DNA of 64,000 nt from an uncultured Albidiferax sp. (GTDB taxonomy: Bacteria; Pseudomonadota; Gammaproteobacteria; Burkholderiales; Burkholderiaceae_C), in NCBI GenBank assembly GCA_963513125.1, contig CAUPPH010000001.1, positions 386,532 to 450,531 of the forward strand. The letters are read 5' to 3'. The notes beneath the pieces are model-generated. The model was given only the letters and a program-made list of their open reading frames with translations. It was not told the DNA's origin and searched no databases. The translations under genes were made by a program, and so were the position numbers. The number at the start of each line of letters is the position of its first letter. Position 1 is the first letter of the stretch. This document shows positions 1-9,304 of the stretch, in pieces.

Positions 1-1
1 C

Positions 2-133
2 ACCATCTTCACCAACTCCAACCGGTTCGAAAGCCATTTGCGCGTCAACTGCGGCTGGCCGTTCACGCCCGAGGTAGACCGGGCGTTTGCGCGGCTGGGG
101 GAGCTGGTGGGGGAGCTGGCAAAAACACGCTAA
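2..133 (+). CDS. 3' end of a probable MocR/GntR-type PLP-dependent aminotransferase-domain protein (cut by window edge)
   Basis: Frame from nt 2 reads TIFTNSNRFESHLRVNCGWPFTPEVDRAFARLGELVGELAKTR*, resembling the C-terminus of MocR-family proteins. Confidence 0.5.
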   Translation, partial: TIFTNSNRFESHLRVNCGWPFTPEVDRAFARLGELVGELAKTR

Positions 134-212
134 GCCGTTGATATGAAAAGTGTTTCAGGGAAAAATGGTAGTTTCTGCCAGTTCACCTGCGACACCAGCC
201 CCGTTAGCTTCT

Positions 213-240
213 CTGCACCCTGCACCCTGCACCCTGCACC
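213..240. repeat. Heptamer tandem repeat (CTGCACC)x4
   Basis: Four exact copies read directly from the sequence. Confidence 0.95.
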
Positions 241-267
241 TACAGACTATTCCGTCGCATATCCACA

Positions 268-322
268 TATACGCCACTTTAAGTGACGTATAAAATGTTT
301 ATGCGACACTTAAAGTGACGCA
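268..322. promoter_or_regulatory. Twin palindromic operators upstream of the HTH-Fic gene
   Basis: 268-292 TATACGCCACTTTAAGTGACGTATA and 302-322 TGCGACACTTAAAGTGACGCA; each is a palindrome with one mismatch, and they share the core CACTT-N-AAGTG. Confidence 0.7.
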
Positions 323-351
323 ATACCATCCACCACCGAGGAATCCACTGC

Positions 352-1734
352 ATGCCGCGCATTACTTCCCCCCACGAGCTGGATGTACTGGCCGAACTGG
401 TTGGCGCAGAGCCTGATGGCATCGGCATCGAAACCATCGCACAGAAGCTAGGCGGCACCCTGCAGCGCCGTAGCTTGCAGCGCCGCCTGGCCTTGTTGGT
501 GGCGCAAGGGCGTATCCAGATGCTGGGGGATCGGCGGGGGGCGCGTTACCGCAGCATGAATCTGCCCGCCCAGCCTGCGGCATCTGCGCAAACCCCGTCG
601 GAGGTCTACGTTCCCACCTCTGCCGAAGGTGCGGACATCCGGGCCTACGTCACGCAGCCACGGCAGCTTCGCGCCCCGGTGGGTTACCAGCTGGCGTTCC
701 TGGAGCACTACCACCCCAACCACACCCACTACCTGGCACCCGAGCTGCGGGCGCAGTTGCGCAGCATGGGCCAGTCCCCAGCGGACCAGACCCCGGCGGG
801 CACCTTTGCCCGCGACATTCTCAACCGCCTGCTGATCGACCTGTCGTGGGCATCCTCCCACCTGGAAGGCAATACTTACAGCCGTCTGGACACCGAGCGC
901 CTGATCGATTTTGGCCAGGCAGCCGAGGGCAAAGATGCTCTTGAGACCCAGATGATCCTGAACCACAAACAGGCCATCGAGTACCTGGTGCTCCACCCCG
1001 AGCACGCCCGTGTGGAGCCGGGCACCCTGATCGCGCTGCACGCGTTCTTGTCGGATGGCCTGATGGCCGACCCTGCGGCGGTGGGGCGCATCCGCCGCCG
1101 TGCGGTGGAGATCGGCGGCAGTGTGTATTTGCCGGTGGCGCTGCCGCAGCGGCTGGAGGAGCTGTTTGGCATTGTGGTGGGCATGGCGGCAGACATCACC
1201 GACCCGTTCGAGCAGGCTTTTTTCTTGATGGTGCACCTGCCGTACCTGCAGCCGTTCGAGGATGTGAACAAACGCGTGTCACGGCTGGCCGCCAACATCC
1301 CGTTCATCCGCCACAACCTGTGCCCGCTGTCATTCATCGACGTGCCGCAGCAGGCCTATGTGGATGCCATGCTGGGCGTGTATGAGCTGAACCGGGTCGA
1401 GCTGCTGCGCGATGTGTTTGTGTGGGCCTACGAACGGTCGTGCCAGCAGTACGTTGCCGTGCAGCAAAACCTGGTGCCGCCCGACATTTTTCGGCTACGG
1501 CACCGGCAGGCCTTGGCGGAGGTGGTTGCCGCCATCGTGCGCAGCGCTGCTACAGCCACCGAGCCCACCATCCGGAGCCTGATGCCGCAGACCGTTGCGC
1601 AGGCCGACCAGGGCCATTTCGTTGCGCTCGTCCTGGCGGAGTTCAAGGCGCTCCACGCGGGCAATGCCGTGCGATTCGGCATCCGGCCCCTGGAGCTGGC
1701 CGCATGGCAAAGCCTCCACCAGGGCGGCGCATAG
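352..1734 (+). CDS. Fic-family protein with N-terminal winged HTH; non-canonical Fic motif
   Basis: N-terminal HTH-like segment; SSHLEGNT helix typical of Fic proteins; motif QPFEDVNKRVSR. Confidence 0.85.
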   Translation: MPRITSPHELDVLAELVGAEPDGIGIETIAQKLGGTLQRRSLQRRLALLVAQGRIQMLGDRRGARYRSMNLPAQPAASAQTPSEVYVPTSAEGADIRAYVTQPRQLRAPVGYQLAFLEHYHPNHTHYLAPELRAQLRSMGQSPADQTPAGTFARDILNRLLIDLSWASSHLEGNTYSRLDTERLIDFGQAAEGKDALETQMILNHKQAIEYLVLHPEHARVEPGTLIALHAFLSDGLMADPAAVGRIRRRAVEIGGSVYLPVALPQRLEELFGIVVGMAADITDPFEQAFFLMVHLPYLQPFEDVNKRVSRLAANIPFIRHNLCPLSFIDVPQQAYVDAMLGVYELNRVELLRDVFVWAYERSCQQYVAVQQNLVPPDIFRLRHRQALAEVVAAIVRSAATATEPTIRSLMPQTVAQADQGHFVALVLAEFKALHAGNAVRFGIRPLELAAWQSLHQGGA

Positions 1735-1740
1735 GCAGGC

Positions 1741-2625
1741 TCAGCCCCACACCCCCGGCACCACCCCGCGCACGCCGGTGCGCAGCACAAAGACCGACCC
1801 CGCCAGCGGCTGCTGGGCCAACTGCTCTTCGGACAGGCCCACGCGTGCACTCGTCACCAGCATCAGATCCAGGTTTTCACCGCCAAAGGCCACGTTGGTG
1901 ATCTGGCTGGCGGGCATGTCGATGCGTTGGAGTTCGTCGCCGGCCAGGTTGAAGCGGCGCAGGCAGCTGCCGCCCCAGAAGGCCACCCACACGTGGCCTT
2001 CGGCATCGAAGGTCATGCCGTCGGGTTCGCCGTCTTCGGGGGCAAAAGTTTTCCAGAGGTTTTTGTTGTGCAACTGGCCGTCGGCACTGAGCCGGTAGCA
2101 GTAGATGCTGCGCAGCAGGCTGTCGGTGTGCAGCAGGACGGTGCCGTCGGGCGAGATGGCCGGGCCGTTGGCGATGTGGATGTTTTGCTCGACCACCTCG
2201 ATGCGGCCATCGGGGTGCAGGCAGGCGAGCTGGCCCAGCGGCTGCTGGGGGTTTTCGTGGTGCATGGAGCCGGCCCAGATGCGGCCACCGGCATCGGCTT
2301 TGGCATCGTTGAGGCGCAGGCCAGGCTGGTCGGGATGCGGGGAGCCCAGGCGCTCGATCTTCAGCTCGGGCTCCAGCGTGAGGCGCACAAAGCCGGACTG
2401 GAAGCCGGCAATGAAACCCTGGCCGTCGGCGCAGGGCACCAGCCAGCCCACCATCTCGGGCATCTGCCAGCTTTGTCGCACGTCGGTGACGGGCTGCCAG
2501 CTGTGTACGGCCTGGCCCAGGATGTCCACGAAGAAGAAGCGGCTGCTGGCGGCGTGCCACAGCGTGCCCTCGCCGAGTTGCAGGGTGGCGGGCCAGATGG
2601 GGGTGACAGTGCAGGGTAGAGGCAT
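1741..2625 (-). CDS. SMP-30/gluconolactonase/LRE family sugar lactonase
   Basis: LGEG..W, RLNDAKAD..GRIWAGSM, NGPAISPDG and PDGMTFDAEG motifs. Confidence 0.9.
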   Translation of the reverse strand: MPLPCTVTPIWPATLQLGEGTLWHAASSRFFFVDILGQAVHSWQPVTDVRQSWQMPEMVGWLVPCADGQGFIAGFQSGFVRLTLEPELKIERLGSPHPDQPGLRLNDAKADAGGRIWAGSMHHENPQQPLGQLACLHPDGRIEVVEQNIHIANGPAISPDGTVLLHTDSLLRSIYCYRLSADGQLHNKNLWKTFAPEDGEPDGMTFDAEGHVWVAFWGGSCLRRFNLAGDELQRIDMPASQITNVAFGGENLDLMLVTSARVGLSEEQLAQQPLAGSVFVLRTGVRGVVPGVWG

Positions 2626-2641
2626 GGTGCTATGGATTTTG

Positions 2642-2700
2642 ATCTAAAAATGATAGCTTGTCACGCCGATGGAATGGGCGGTGGCAGCCAATTGGGGCCA
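2642..2700 (+). repeat. REP-like family 1 copy (degenerate, intergenic)
   Basis: AAAATGATAGC followed by the CGCC..GGCG hairpin. Confidence 0.65.
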
Positions 2701-2744
2701 TGAAAAAGGCTCTAAAACCTCAAACAGGCCTTTTGCGGCAGGGC

Positions 2745-3506
2745 TTATGTCCAGCCCGCGTCCACCACAAAGTCTTGGGCGGTGACCATGCTACTGTCAT
2801 CTGCCGCCAAAAACAGCGCCATGTGGGCCACGTCGGTACCGACCACGCGGCCCGGCAGGCACTGGTTGGTGTCGATCAGGCGCTCGCCCTCGGCATCCAC
2901 CCAGTGGGTGAGCTGTTTCTCGGTCATGATCCAGCCGGGGGTCAGGGTGTTGACGCGGATGTTGTCGGGGCCCAGGTCGCGGGCCAGGCAGCGGGTGAGG
3001 CCCACGGTGGCCGACTTGCAGGTGCCGTACACGGGGTAGCCCTTGCCCTTGATCATCCAGCTCACCGAGCCCAGGTTGACGATGGCCCCACCCCCCATGC
3101 GGCGCATGCCGGGCACCACGGCCTGGGCGGCAAAGAAGGCGGGCCGCAGGTTGATGGACACACGCCAGTCGAAGTCTTCGGGGGTCACGTCCATGATGTC
3201 GTGGCGCGCGTCGTTGGCCACGTTGTTGACCAGCACGCTGATGTCGCCGTGTGCGGCAGCGGCCTGGGCGATGGCGGCCTGCAGCGCGGCCACGTCGCTG
3301 GCTTCGCTTTGCAAAAACAGCGGCGTGGGGCCGACTGCGCTGGCTGCGGCCAAGACCTTAGCGGCGGCCTCGGCATTGCGGCCCGTGAAGGCCACTCGGG
3401 CACCCTGGCGGGCAAAGCCCACCACGATGTCGGCACCGATGCCCGAGCTGCCGCCGGTGACGAACACGCTGCGGCCCTGCAGGCTGGGGTAGTTGGCGGT
3501 TTTCAT
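2745..3506 (-). CDS. SDR-family sugar (aldose) 1-dehydrogenase, XylB/galactose-dehydrogenase-like
   Basis: Start reassigned to MKTANYPSL; TGGSSGIG Rossmann motif, NNVAND and YGTCK catalytic motif. Confidence 0.85.
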   Translation of the reverse strand: MKTANYPSLQGRSVFVTGGSSGIGADIVVGFARQGARVAFTGRNAEAAAKVLAAASAVGPTPLFLQSEASDVAALQAAIAQAAAAHGDISVLVNNVANDARHDIMDVTPEDFDWRVSINLRPAFFAAQAVVPGMRRMGGGAIVNLGSVSWMIKGKGYPVYGTCKSATVGLTRCLARDLGPDNIRVNTLTPGWIMTEKQLTHWVDAEGERLIDTNQCLPGRVVGTDVAHMALFLAADDSSMVTAQDFVVDAGWT

Positions 3507-3516
3507 GCAGGCATCC

Positions 3517-5247
3517 TCAGTGTGAATCGCGGGGCACGGCATCGCCACGGCAGCCCACCAAAAAGTCCATGTCGGCGCCCTGGTCGGCTTGCAGCACATG
3601 GCGGTGGTACAGGCGCACGTAGCCGGAGGCGGGCTCGGGCGGGGCCACCCAGGCCAGGCGGCGACGGGCCAATTCTTCGTCGCTGACATGCAGGTGCAGG
3701 CCGCGTCCCGCCACGTCCAGCTCGATCTCGTCGCCGTCTTGCACCAGGGCCAGCGGGCCACCGGCGGCGGCTTCGGGGGCCACGTGCAGCACCACGGTGC
3801 CAAAGGCCGTGCCGCTCATGCGCGCGTCCGAGATGCGCACCATGTCGGTCACGCCCTGCTGCAGCAGCTTGGGCGGCAGGCCCATATTGCCCACCTCGGC
3901 CATGCCGGGGTAACCCTTGGGGCCGCAGTTCTTGAGCACCATCACGCTGTTGGCGTCGATATCCAGGTCCGGATCCATGACGCGTTCTTTGTAGTGCTCG
4001 ATGTTCTCGAACACCACGGCCTTGCCCCGGTGCTGCAGCAGGCGGGCGGTGGCGGCAGACGGCTTGATCACCGCGCCCTGCGGTGCCAGGTTGCCGCGCA
4101 GCACGGCCAGGCCGCCCTGCTCCACCAAGGGCTGGCTCAGGGGGCGGATCACCTTGTCGTTGAAACACTCGGCATGCTCGACGTTTTGCGCCTGGGTGCG
4201 GTTGTTGACGGTGATGGCATCACCATGCAGCAAACCCGCTTCGAGCAGGCGCTTCATCACCACCGGCAGGCCACCGGCGTAGTAGAAGTCTTCCATCAGG
4301 TATTCGCCCGACGGCATGAGATTGACGATGGTGGGGATGTCGCGGCCCAGGCGGTCCCAGTCGTCCAGCGACAGCGGCACGCCCATGCGCCCGGCAATCG
4401 CAATCAGGTGGATGACGGCATTGGTGGAGCCACCGATGGCACCGCAGACGCGGATGGCGTTTTCAAAGGCTTCGCGGGTCAGCACCTGCGACAGGCGCAT
4501 GTCGCGCTCGACCATGTCCACAATCATGCGGCCCGAGCGCTGCGCCAGCTCCAGGCGGCGCGAGTCCACTGCGGGAATAGCGGCGTTGGTGGGCAAGGAC
4601 ACGCCCAGCGCCTCGACCATGCTGGCCATGGTGCTGGCCGTGCCCATCGTCATGCACACGCCGGCAGAGCGCGACATGCAGCTCTCGGCCTGCATGAACT
4701 GCGGCAGGGTCATCTTGCCTGCGTTCACAGCTTCGGAGAACTTCCACACGTGGGTGCCCGAGCCGATGGGCTCGCCACGGTAGTTGCCATTGAGCATCGC
4801 GCCGCCGGACACCACCAGCGTGGGCAAATCCACACTGGCAGCGCCCATCAACGTGGCGGGCGTGGTTTTGTCGCAGCCGGCCAGCAGCACCACGCCGTCC
4901 AGCGGGTGGGCGCGGATGGCTTCTTCCACGTCCATGCTGGCCAGGTTGCGGTACAGCATGGCGGTGGGGCGCATCAGGGTTTCGCCCAGCGACGATACCG
5001 GGAACTCCACCGCAATGCCACCGGCCTGCAGCACGCCGTGCTTCACCCGCTCTGCGATCTGGCGAAAGTGCTGGTTGCAGGGGGTGAGCTCGCTCCAGGT
5101 GTTGCAGATGCCGATGACCGGGCGGCCATCAAAGCTGTCGTCGGGCAGACCTTCGCTTTTCATCCAGCTGCGGTGGATGAAGTTGTCTTTGCTGGTGCCG
5201 CCAAACCAGTGCTGGGAACGGCGTTTTTTGGGGGATTCGGTGCTCAT
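3517..5247 (-). CDS. IlvD/Edd-family sugar-acid dehydratase (L-arabinonate/D-galactonate type)
   Basis: Start reassigned to MSTESPKK; CNTWSELTPCN, GCDKT, GGSTN and SDARMSGT motifs closely match AraC-type arabinonate dehydratases. Confidence 0.9.
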   Translation of the reverse strand: MSTESPKKRRSQHWFGGTSKDNFIHRSWMKSEGLPDDSFDGRPVIGICNTWSELTPCNQHFRQIAERVKHGVLQAGGIAVEFPVSSLGETLMRPTAMLYRNLASMDVEEAIRAHPLDGVVLLAGCDKTTPATLMGAASVDLPTLVVSGGAMLNGNYRGEPIGSGTHVWKFSEAVNAGKMTLPQFMQAESCMSRSAGVCMTMGTASTMASMVEALGVSLPTNAAIPAVDSRRLELAQRSGRMIVDMVERDMRLSQVLTREAFENAIRVCGAIGGSTNAVIHLIAIAGRMGVPLSLDDWDRLGRDIPTIVNLMPSGEYLMEDFYYAGGLPVVMKRLLEAGLLHGDAITVNNRTQAQNVEHAECFNDKVIRPLSQPLVEQGGLAVLRGNLAPQGAVIKPSAATARLLQHRGKAVVFENIEHYKERVMDPDLDIDANSVMVLKNCGPKGYPGMAEVGNMGLPPKLLQQGVTDMVRISDARMSGTAFGTVVLHVAPEAAAGGPLALVQDGDEIELDVAGRGLHLHVSDEELARRRLAWVAPPEPASGYVRLYHRHVLQADQGADMDFLVGCRGDAVPRDSH

Positions 5248-5277
5248 GGCGGTGTATGGGATAGCGCTGTCGCGGAT

Positions 5278-5292
5278 TAATAAATCATACAA
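5278..5292. promoter_or_regulatory. Candidate FadR/DgoR-type operator, copy 1
   Basis: TAATAAATCATACAA, identical 15-mer also at 6205-6219; lies upstream of the dehydratase operon. Confidence 0.65.
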
Positions 5293-5349
5293 ATGACCGC
5301 GCATTCTACGATCAGGACAAACCCTTGGGGCCACCCACGGCCCCCGTTG

Positions 5350-6144
5350 CTACACCGATGAACCTGCGGAGTTGAGTACATGCCCCGCCACCGGCACCGC
5401 CTCGGCCGGGCCATCGGCCAGCATGGCCGAGCGCTGCATCAGGTCGCGGGTGTCCGACAGCATCACCGCCATACGGTGCAAAGCCCGCTGCGCATCGCCC
5501 GCGCGGATGGCATCCAGCACCTTGCGGTGGTCGGGCAACGCGTCGTTAAAGTCGCCCGCCTTGCGCGCAGAAATGCCCAGCAAGGCCTCCAGCGCGCTGC
5601 CGATGATGGCGGCCAGTGGCACCAAAAGGGGGTTGTTGGTGGCCTGCAAAATCGCGCTATGGAAGGCCAGATCGGCCTCTACCCATCCATTGATATCGCT
5701 GGCACTTTCCATGGCGTGGAACGCATCTTCCAGCGCCACCAACTGCTCGGGGCTGCGGCTGCGCGCGGCCAGGGCGGCGGCGGCGGGCTCAATGATTTCG
5801 CGCATTTCGGTGAGGTGGCGCAAGAACTGCGCGTCTGGCCCGGTGGCGCAGCGCCACGACAGCACGTCGGGGTCGAGCATGTTCCAGCTGGCCTGCGGGC
5901 GCACCCAGGTGCCCACCCGGGGGCGCGACTCCAGCAGCCCCTTGGCGGCCAGCACCTTGATGGCCTCGCGCAACGCGGTGCGGCTCACGTCCAGCGTGCG
6001 ACACAGCACCTCTTCGTTGGGCAGCAACTCGCCCGCCGGATAGGCCCCGCCCACCACGCCGTGGCCCAGGGACTTGACCACCTGCCCGTGCAGATTGCGT
6101 CCCGAGTAGGTAGCCGAGACACTTTGGTTCGAGGGAGACCGCAT
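5350..6144 (-). CDS. FadR/GntR-family regulator (DgoR-like)
   Basis: wHTH (LPNEEVL..VSRTALREAIKVLAAKGLLESRPRVGT) plus FCD domain; adjacent to dgoK/dgoA; GGAG SD before ATG 6144. Confidence 0.85.
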   Translation of the reverse strand: MRSPSNQSVSATYSGRNLHGQVVKSLGHGVVGGAYPAGELLPNEEVLCRTLDVSRTALREAIKVLAAKGLLESRPRVGTWVRPQASWNMLDPDVLSWRCATGPDAQFLRHLTEMREIIEPAAAALAARSRSPEQLVALEDAFHAMESASDINGWVEADLAFHSAILQATNNPLLVPLAAIIGSALEALLGISARKAGDFNDALPDHRKVLDAIRAGDAQRALHRMAVMLSDTRDLMQRSAMLADGPAEAVPVAGHVLNSAGSSV

Positions 6145-6204
6145 CAACATCACTCCAAGGAAAGCCACTCGGGCTGCATACCGCATTGTGACACCACAAG
6201 GCAA

Positions 6205-6219
6205 TAATAAATCATACAA
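6205..6219. promoter_or_regulatory. Candidate FadR/DgoR-type operator, copy 2
   Basis: TAATAAATCATACAA between the divergent regulator and dgoK. Confidence 0.65.
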
Positions 6220-6284
6220 TCAAACCCCATTCTGCATACACCGTCTTCGACCAGCCCGCCACGGCTTACTCCACCACAGCACCT

Positions 6285-7199
6285 ATGACAGCATCACACA
6301 CCCCCTGGATCGGCGTGGACTGGGGCACCACCCACCGCCGTGGCTACGCGCTGGCCACCGATGGCACCTGCACCACCGAGGCCAGCGATGACCAGGGCGC
6401 ACTCACCACCCGCAGGCGGCACGCCGAATCCCTGGCCGCATGGCTGCCCGCACTGGGTGCGCCCGTGGATTGCCACGTGGTGATGTCCGGCATGGTGGGC
6501 AGCGCCTTTGGCTGGCAGGAAGCCCCCTACCTCGGCCCCGATGTGCCGCTCGAAGCCCTGCCGCAGCACCTGGTGCACCTCGAAGGCCACCCGCAGCGCT
6601 ACATCGTGCCCGGCTACTGCGTGCGTGGTGTGGCAGGCCAGCCCGACGTGATGCGCGGCGAAGAAACCCAATTGCTCGGCGCGGTGGCCATGGGCTTGCG
6701 CAACGGCTGGTTCGTGCTGCCCGGCACGCACAGCAAATGGGTGCTGCTGCGCGATGGCCGCGTGGAACAACTGCGCACCTACATGACCGGCGAGCTGTTC
6801 GCCCTGCTGTCCACCAACGGCACGCTGGCCGCCGCAGCCCAGCCAGCGGGCACAGAACCCCTGTGGAGCCAGCCCGCCTTTGCCGACGGCGTGGCCGCCG
6901 GAGCCCCCGGTGCGCTGGCGCACCAGCTGTTTGTCTGCCGCGCCCGCGTGGTCACCGGCACCATGCCTGCCAGCCAGGCCCTGGCGTATCTCAGCGGCCT
7001 GCTGATCGGCAGCGAGCTGCAAGACGTTTTGCAAGGGCTAGGCACATCGGGCAGCGACCAGTTTCATTTGATCGGCTCCCCCGCCCTGGCAGAGGCCTAC
7101 CAGGTCGCCGCCCGCCAGCTCGGCAGCGCCCTCACCCTGCTGTCGCCGCGCGAGGTGATCCTCAGCGGTTTCCACTACATCCAAACCCACAAGGCCTGA
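6285..7199 (+). CDS. dgoK: 2-dehydro-3-deoxygalactonokinase
   Basis: IGVDWGTT, SGMVGS..GW.EAPY, DVMRGEETQ and LPGTHSKW motifs. Confidence 0.92.
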   Translation: MTASHTPWIGVDWGTTHRRGYALATDGTCTTEASDDQGALTTRRRHAESLAAWLPALGAPVDCHVVMSGMVGSAFGWQEAPYLGPDVPLEALPQHLVHLEGHPQRYIVPGYCVRGVAGQPDVMRGEETQLLGAVAMGLRNGWFVLPGTHSKWVLLRDGRVEQLRTYMTGELFALLSTNGTLAAAAQPAGTEPLWSQPAFADGVAAGAPGALAHQLFVCRARVVTGTMPASQALAYLSGLLIGSELQDVLQGLGTSGSDQFHLIGSPALAEAYQVAARQLGSALTLLSPREVILSGFHYIQTHKA

Positions 7200-7201
7200 C
7201 C

Positions 7202-7840
7202 ATGACCACATCCGCCACCCCTGCCGCCCCCACCGGCATACCCCTGGTCGCCATCCTTCGCGGCCTGGACGTGGACGCAGCCGTTGCCGTGGGCCAGGCC
7301 CTGTTCGATGCCGGGTTCCGCCTGCTGGAAGTGCCGCTGAACCGCCCCGGCGCGCTGGAGTGCATCACCCGCCTGGCCGCCATCGCCCCGCCCGACGCAC
7401 TGGTCGGCGCAGGCACCGTGCTCAGCGTGGCCGACGTGGACGCGGTGCACGCCGCAGGAGGCCAGCTCATCGTGTCGCCCAACTGCAACCCCGCCGTGAT
7501 CCACCGCAGCGTGGCCACCGGCCTGTTCAGCGCCCCCGGCATCGCCACCCCCACCGAAGCCTTCACCGCCCTCGAAGCCGGTGCCCACGCCCTGAAAATA
7601 TTCCCCGCCGAACAGGTCGGCACCGCAGGCCTGAAAGCATTGCTGTCGGTATTGCCCAGCGGCACCCCCATCTGGCCCGTAGGCGGCATCACCCCCGAGA
7701 GCATGGCGGGCTGGGTCAAAGCAGGCGCCACCGGCTTCGGCATCGGCAGCCAGCTCTACGCGCCGGGCACGCCTGCGGAGCAGGTGAAAGTGCGGGCGGA
7801 GGGGTTTGTGGCGGCCTGGAAGGCTTGCCGGGTGGGGTGA
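7202..7840 (+). CDS. dgoA: 2-dehydro-3-deoxy-6-phosphogalactonate aldolase
   Basis: LVAILRG, LEVPLN.P, GAGTVL, PTEAF.AL.AGA..LKIFPA; directly follows dgoK. Confidence 0.9.
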   Translation: MTTSATPAAPTGIPLVAILRGLDVDAAVAVGQALFDAGFRLLEVPLNRPGALECITRLAAIAPPDALVGAGTVLSVADVDAVHAAGGQLIVSPNCNPAVIHRSVATGLFSAPGIATPTEAFTALEAGAHALKIFPAEQVGTAGLKALLSVLPSGTPIWPVGGITPESMAGWVKAGATGFGIGSQLYAPGTPAEQVKVRAEGFVAAWKACRVG

Positions 7841-7842
7841 TT

Positions 7843-7906
7843 TGCTATTGGATATGTAGCTGCTTGCGCTGGTGGAATAAGCGTTAAAGCCCTAAAAAGC
7901 TTAAAA
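7843..7906 (+). repeat. REP-like family 1 copy (intergenic)
   Basis: TGCTATTGGATATGTAGCTGCTTGCGCTGGTGGAATAAGCGTTAAAGCCCTAAAAAGCTTAAA. Confidence 0.9.
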
Positions 7907-7924
7907 ATAGGCACTATCGCCGCC

Positions 7925-8935
7925 TTATACCCCGCCCACCGATGTCGAGTGCCGCTCGATGATTTGAAAACCTACATCGACCACAGGGTTTGCAATAGGT
8001 ATGCCTTGGCAGCGGTCGATCACCATGCGTGCGGTCAGTTTGCCAATCTGTGCGCCATCCACGTGCACCGTGGTCAGCGAGGGATACATGTGGGCGGCGA
8101 AGTCGGCGTTGCCGAAACCGCACACGGCCAGATCCTCCGGCACCCGGATACCGCGCGCCAGCGCCTCCGCCATGACCCCCTGCGCTAGCTGGTCCGAACT
8201 GCAATACACCGCTTGCAGCGTGGGGGCCTGTTCCAGCAGCTCCCCCAGCGCACGGCGGCCCAGTGCAAGGCTGCTCGGCGCAGGCACCACAGCGGTAGGA
8301 ACGTCGCGCCCCATGGCGGCCAGAAAGCCTTGTCGGCGCAAAGCCCCCCGGTGGTCGTCGCCGGTGGCAATGCCCACGCGCTGCCAGCCTTTGGCCAAAA
8401 AATAATGGGCAATGGCGGCACCCACCTGGATGTGAGAAAACCCCACCAGCATATCGACGGGGCGGTCGCTCAGATCCCAGGTCTCCACCACCGGAATACC
8501 CACCCGGCGCAACCGCTCCCGGCTGCGTGCCGAATGCACCAGCCCGGTCAGCACAATGCCGTCCGGGCGGCGGCTGATCATGGTGTTGATGAGCGCCTCT
8601 TCATGCTGGTGGTCGTACCCTGTTTGGCCCAGGATGAGCTGGTAACCGGCGGCGGCGAGTGACTCTGTCAGCGCCTGCACCGTCGGGAGAAATTGCGCAA
8701 CCGAGATGGTGGGCACCAGGCATGCCACCATCAGGCTGCGTTTTGACTTCAGGCCACCCGCCAGTAGATTGGGGATGTAGCCCACCACCTCCGCAGCCGC
8801 CTGGACCTTGAGGATGGTGGCATCGGACACCAGCTTGGGATTGCCCAGTGCGCGCGAGGCCGTGATCAACGACACCCCCGCCTCCCGGGCGACGTCGTGC
8901 AATGTGGCGGCTTTGAAAGAGACGTTGGTGTTCAT
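7925..8935 (-). CDS. LacI-family regulator (GntR gluconate-repressor-like)
   Basis: Start reassigned to MNTNVSF; TLHDVAREAGVSLITASRAL HTH, GYIPN hinge, PSLTTV. Confidence 0.88.
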   Translation of the reverse strand: MNTNVSFKAATLHDVAREAGVSLITASRALGNPKLVSDATILKVQAAAEVVGYIPNLLAGGLKSKRSLMVACLVPTISVAQFLPTVQALTESLAAAGYQLILGQTGYDHQHEEALINTMISRRPDGIVLTGLVHSARSRERLRRVGIPVVETWDLSDRPVDMLVGFSHIQVGAAIAHYFLAKGWQRVGIATGDDHRGALRRQGFLAAMGRDVPTAVVPAPSSLALGRRALGELLEQAPTLQAVYCSSDQLAQGVMAEALARGIRVPEDLAVCGFGNADFAAHMYPSLTTVHVDGAQIGKLTARMVIDRCQGIPIANPVVDVGFQIIERHSTSVGGV

Positions 8936-9019
8936 AGAAATGCAGGCGCAGAGGTGGTCAGTGCATGGACCAGCGCGGCAAAGCTCCATCCGTTGCCACC
9001 CGCCGTCCAGCGCAAAACA

Positions 9020-9254
9020 GACAACGTTAGCACTTTGCACGGGGTGGCATGCACGCTGCGCATCGACCTGGCCGTACCCAATACCCAAAGTTAATGGAAA
9101 ACCCTAGCATTAATGGCATTGACTACCAAAATGACAACGCTATCATTTGTCTGGTGCACGGTTCTTATTCCGTTGTCAAAGCCAATGCATGTGCGCCAAG
9201 TCCTGATAGATCTATCAAGGGTTTGTCCTGACTAAAAAATGATAACGTTGTCTT
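9020..9254. promoter_or_regulatory. Three LacI-type operator candidates (GACAACGTTAGC 9020-9031; ATGACAACGCTATCAT 9131-9146; ATGATAACGTTGTCTT 9239-9254)
   Basis: Related palindromes with a central CG, typical of LacI boxes, between the divergent LacI gene and the Bug gene. Confidence 0.65.
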
Positions 9255-9304
9255 ATTTGTTGCGTCGCCATGCGCCACCCACACCCCTCACCCCGGAGAT
9301 TTGA

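Noticed and set aside
6440-7840. Apparent 466-aa fused ORF ending in dgoA
   Set aside because: The upstream part overlaps dgoK in another frame; the real start is ATG 7202
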